Part shown: piece by piece, positions 62,105 to 64,000 of the stretch
Numbering within the stretch: position 1 is the first letter of the stretch
Layout of the letters: each line of letters opens with the position of its first letter
The notes under the pieces: model-generated
Seen by the model: the letters and a program-made list of their open reading frames with translations, nothing else
Told to the model about the DNA's origin: nothing
Databases searched by the model: none
Position numbers and translations under genes: made by a program
NCBI GenBank assembly: GCA_002009975.1
Contig: MTLP01000007.1
Span: 80,764-144,763, forward strand
Direction: 5' to 3'
DNA length: 64,000 bases
Source: Thermococcus sp. JdFR-02
Lineage (GTDB): Archaea; Methanobacteriota_B; Thermococci; Thermococcales; Thermococcaceae

Positions 62105-63132
62105 TGGACAAGCTGAAAGCCTATTTGATAGGATTTGTAGTGCTGATTTTAGCTGTAGTTGCAGGGATAATTTATAAATGGGGCTTTTGGATGCTTGTAA
62201 GAATCGTTTTGAGCCTTGGATTCTTGGGATTGACTTTAATGCTCGGCTTTTTCTTAGCACTAACACTTTATGCTGAGAGCTGGAAGTATGCCCTTTACTT
62301 GGTTGCTCCAACAGCATTGAGTGCATACGCGACTTATCTCAGCGTTACATGGCAAAAGTTAAACATCGTTGGTGGGATAATAGTTTTGTTCATTTTGGGT
62401 TTAGTCTTTGGAATTTGGTACATCAGCGAGCCTGATTTGGGATTGCTTGACCGATTTAAAAGTCCAGAAACGCTCGAAAGAGAGGGAAACTACAAGGCTG
62501 CTGCGAGAAAGTATGAGAAAAAAGGGAACTATCTAAAAGCCGCTGAAATGTATGAAAAGCTTGATTGGATGGAAAGTGCAGCGTGGGCTTACGAGAAAGC
62601 TGAAAAGTATGAGAAAGCAGCAGAGATTTATGAACAACTTTACGAGAAGGAGAAAGACACGTATTATCTAAAAGAAGCCCATGAATATTGGAAGAAAGCT
62701 GGTAACATGAACAGGGCAGCAAAGGCTTTGGAGAGATATGCTCAAGAAGAGCCTTGGTTCTGGGAAGACGTTGCAAAGCTTTATGAAGAACTTAACAATG
62801 AGGAGAAAGCTAAAGAAGCTTGGAAAAAAGCTTTAGAATACTACATAAGTGAAGCCCAAGAGGAAGGAGTATTTTGGGAGGATGTTGGAAATATTTACAA
62901 GAAGCTTGGTGAGGAAGAAAAGGCAAAAGAAGCTTATCAAAAATTCCTTGAATACTGCTTAAAGGAAGCAGAAGAGGATGAAGCATGGTGGAAGCATGTT
63001 GCAGAGACTTATGAGCTTTTAGGAGAAAAAGAAAAAGCCCAAGAAGCATGGAAGAAATATGAAGAGTACAGAAAAAGAATAATGCAGCCAGAAGAGAGCG
63101 AAGAGGAGGAGAAAAAGGAAGAAAGTAAGTAA
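62101..63132 (+). CDS. Membrane protein with TPR-like repeats
   Basis: Four N-terminal TM; repeated KAAxxYEK and FWEDVAxxYxxLG units. Confidence 0.85.
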   Translation: MMDKLKAYLIGFVVLILAVVAGIIYKWGFWMLVRIVLSLGFLGLTLMLGFFLALTLYAESWKYALYLVAPTALSAYATYLSVTWQKLNIVGGIIVLFILGLVFGIWYISEPDLGLLDRFKSPETLEREGNYKAAARKYEKKGNYLKAAEMYEKLDWMESAAWAYEKAEKYEKAAEIYEQLYEKEKDTYYLKEAHEYWKKAGNMNRAAKALERYAQEEPWFWEDVAKLYEELNNEEKAKEAWKKALEYYISEAQEEGVFWEDVGNIYKKLGEEEKAKEAYQKFLEYCLKEAEEDEAWWKHVAETYELLGEKEKAQEAWKKYEEYRKRIMQPEESEEEEKKEESK

Positions 63133-63220
63133 TTCTTTTCTCTCTTTATCTGAATCTTTTTGAGGAAGTTATAAAAACTTAAGTACTCAATTTTCCTTAG
63201 CTTTAGAGGAGGTAGTGAAG

Positions 63221-63562
63221 ATGTTTCCAATGAAAGGTATGAGTCCAAAGCAAATGCAAAAGATGATGAAGCAGCTTGGAATTAAAATGGAAGAGCTTGA
63301 AGGAGTTAAGGAAGTTATAATTCGCTTTGAAAATAAAGAGATTGTCATAAAAGAGCCTGCAGTTACAATGATAGCTGCAATGGGAGAGAAGAGCTATCAA
63401 GTTGTTGGAAAAGAAGAGGTCAGAGAGATACTAAACATCCCAGAGGAGGATATAAAATTAGTCATGGAGCAAGCAAACGTTGACTATGAAACTGCAAGGA
63501 AGGCATTGGAAGAGACAAAAGGTGATTTAGCGGAAGCAATTCTTAAACTGCAAGGGGCTTAA
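63221..63562 (+). CDS. nac: Nascent polypeptide-associated complex protein
   Basis: MMKQLGI...EVII, C-terminal [13 protein letters not shown]...[10 protein letters not shown]. Confidence 0.93.
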   Translation: MFPMKGMSPKQMQKMMKQLGIKMEELEGVKEVIIRFENKEIVIKEPAVTMIAAMGEKSYQVVGKEEVREILNIPEEDIKLVMEQANVDYETARKALEETKGDLAEAILKLQGA

Positions 63563-63773
63563 CGGCTATTTTTCCTTCTATTTACCGTACTTCTTGGATC
63601 ATTTTATATTGAATCATGGTTTGAGTAATCTGTTTTTACTTTTTTGTTTTGGGATGTTTATGTTTGAATGTTGGTGGTTATAATTTTCATACTCTTAATT
63701 GTTCGTAATTGGAAAAGTATTTATACTACTTCTGCTTATAGTATTGTTAATTACCCTTGCTTGGGGGAGCGGA

Positions 63774-64000
63774 ATGCAGAAGTGGGTAGTTTTGGGCATT
63801 ATTGGGTTGTTGGTTTTTAGCAGTTTTGGTTTTGTTTTTGCTGGTGGTTGGGAGGAGAGTAATGCTAAGCTTTCAGCAAGTCCCGGAACTTGTAATACTT
63901 GCAATTCCTGCCAAGATTTTGACATCGACAAGGCTTTGAGTGAGGTAAATGCAAAAATTGAGAACTTAACAAGAGTAATTAACCAGAAAGAGGCAGAATT
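63774..64000 (+). CDS. Secreted hypothetical protein, N-terminal part, truncated by window end (not in the ORF track)
   Basis: GGGGGAG RBS; MQKWVVLGIIGLLVFSSFGFVFA signal peptide, CNTCNSC, then coiled coil; frame open to the end. Confidence 0.7.
   Translation, partial: MQKWVVLGIIGLLVFSSFGFVFAGGWEESNAKLSASPGTCNTCNSCQDFDIDKALSEVNAKIENLTRVINQKEAE

Overview
Archaeal chromosomal segment from a low-GC member of the Thermococcales, inferred from DUF835/DUF257 proteins, a CGP-CTERM protein, ArcS, LipS1, ADP-forming acyl-CoA synthetase and a 30-bp GTTCCAATAAGA...ATTGAAAG CRISPR repeat. Most of the window is housekeeping (ppcA, upp/uraA, pit, arcS, arcC, kae1, coaD, panE, nadK, ogt, nac, RNA methyltransferases). 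Notable parts are: (1) a BirA-operator-flanked biotin locus in which bioB, with an atypical auxiliary Fe-S ligand set, and a Cys-rich DUF1284 gene sit between bioY and birA-ECF; (2) two convergent C/D box sRNAs; (3) a three-gene cassette with a secreted protein and two small membrane proteins; (4) an S9 peptidase with one in-frame stop; (5) an accessory region at about 32.9-42.7 kb with nucleotidyltransferase modules, three clustered frameshifts, and a cluster of a small secreted protein, two paralogous anchored proteins, an ABC transporter and a PEGA protein, which is the best candidate for an undescribed secretion/antagonism system; (6) a Trm112-like gene missed by the ORF track; (7) an 8-repeat CRISPR array with no cas genes in the window, a duplicated spacer and two repeat variants. 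Family assignments come from motif recognition only; no database searches were run.
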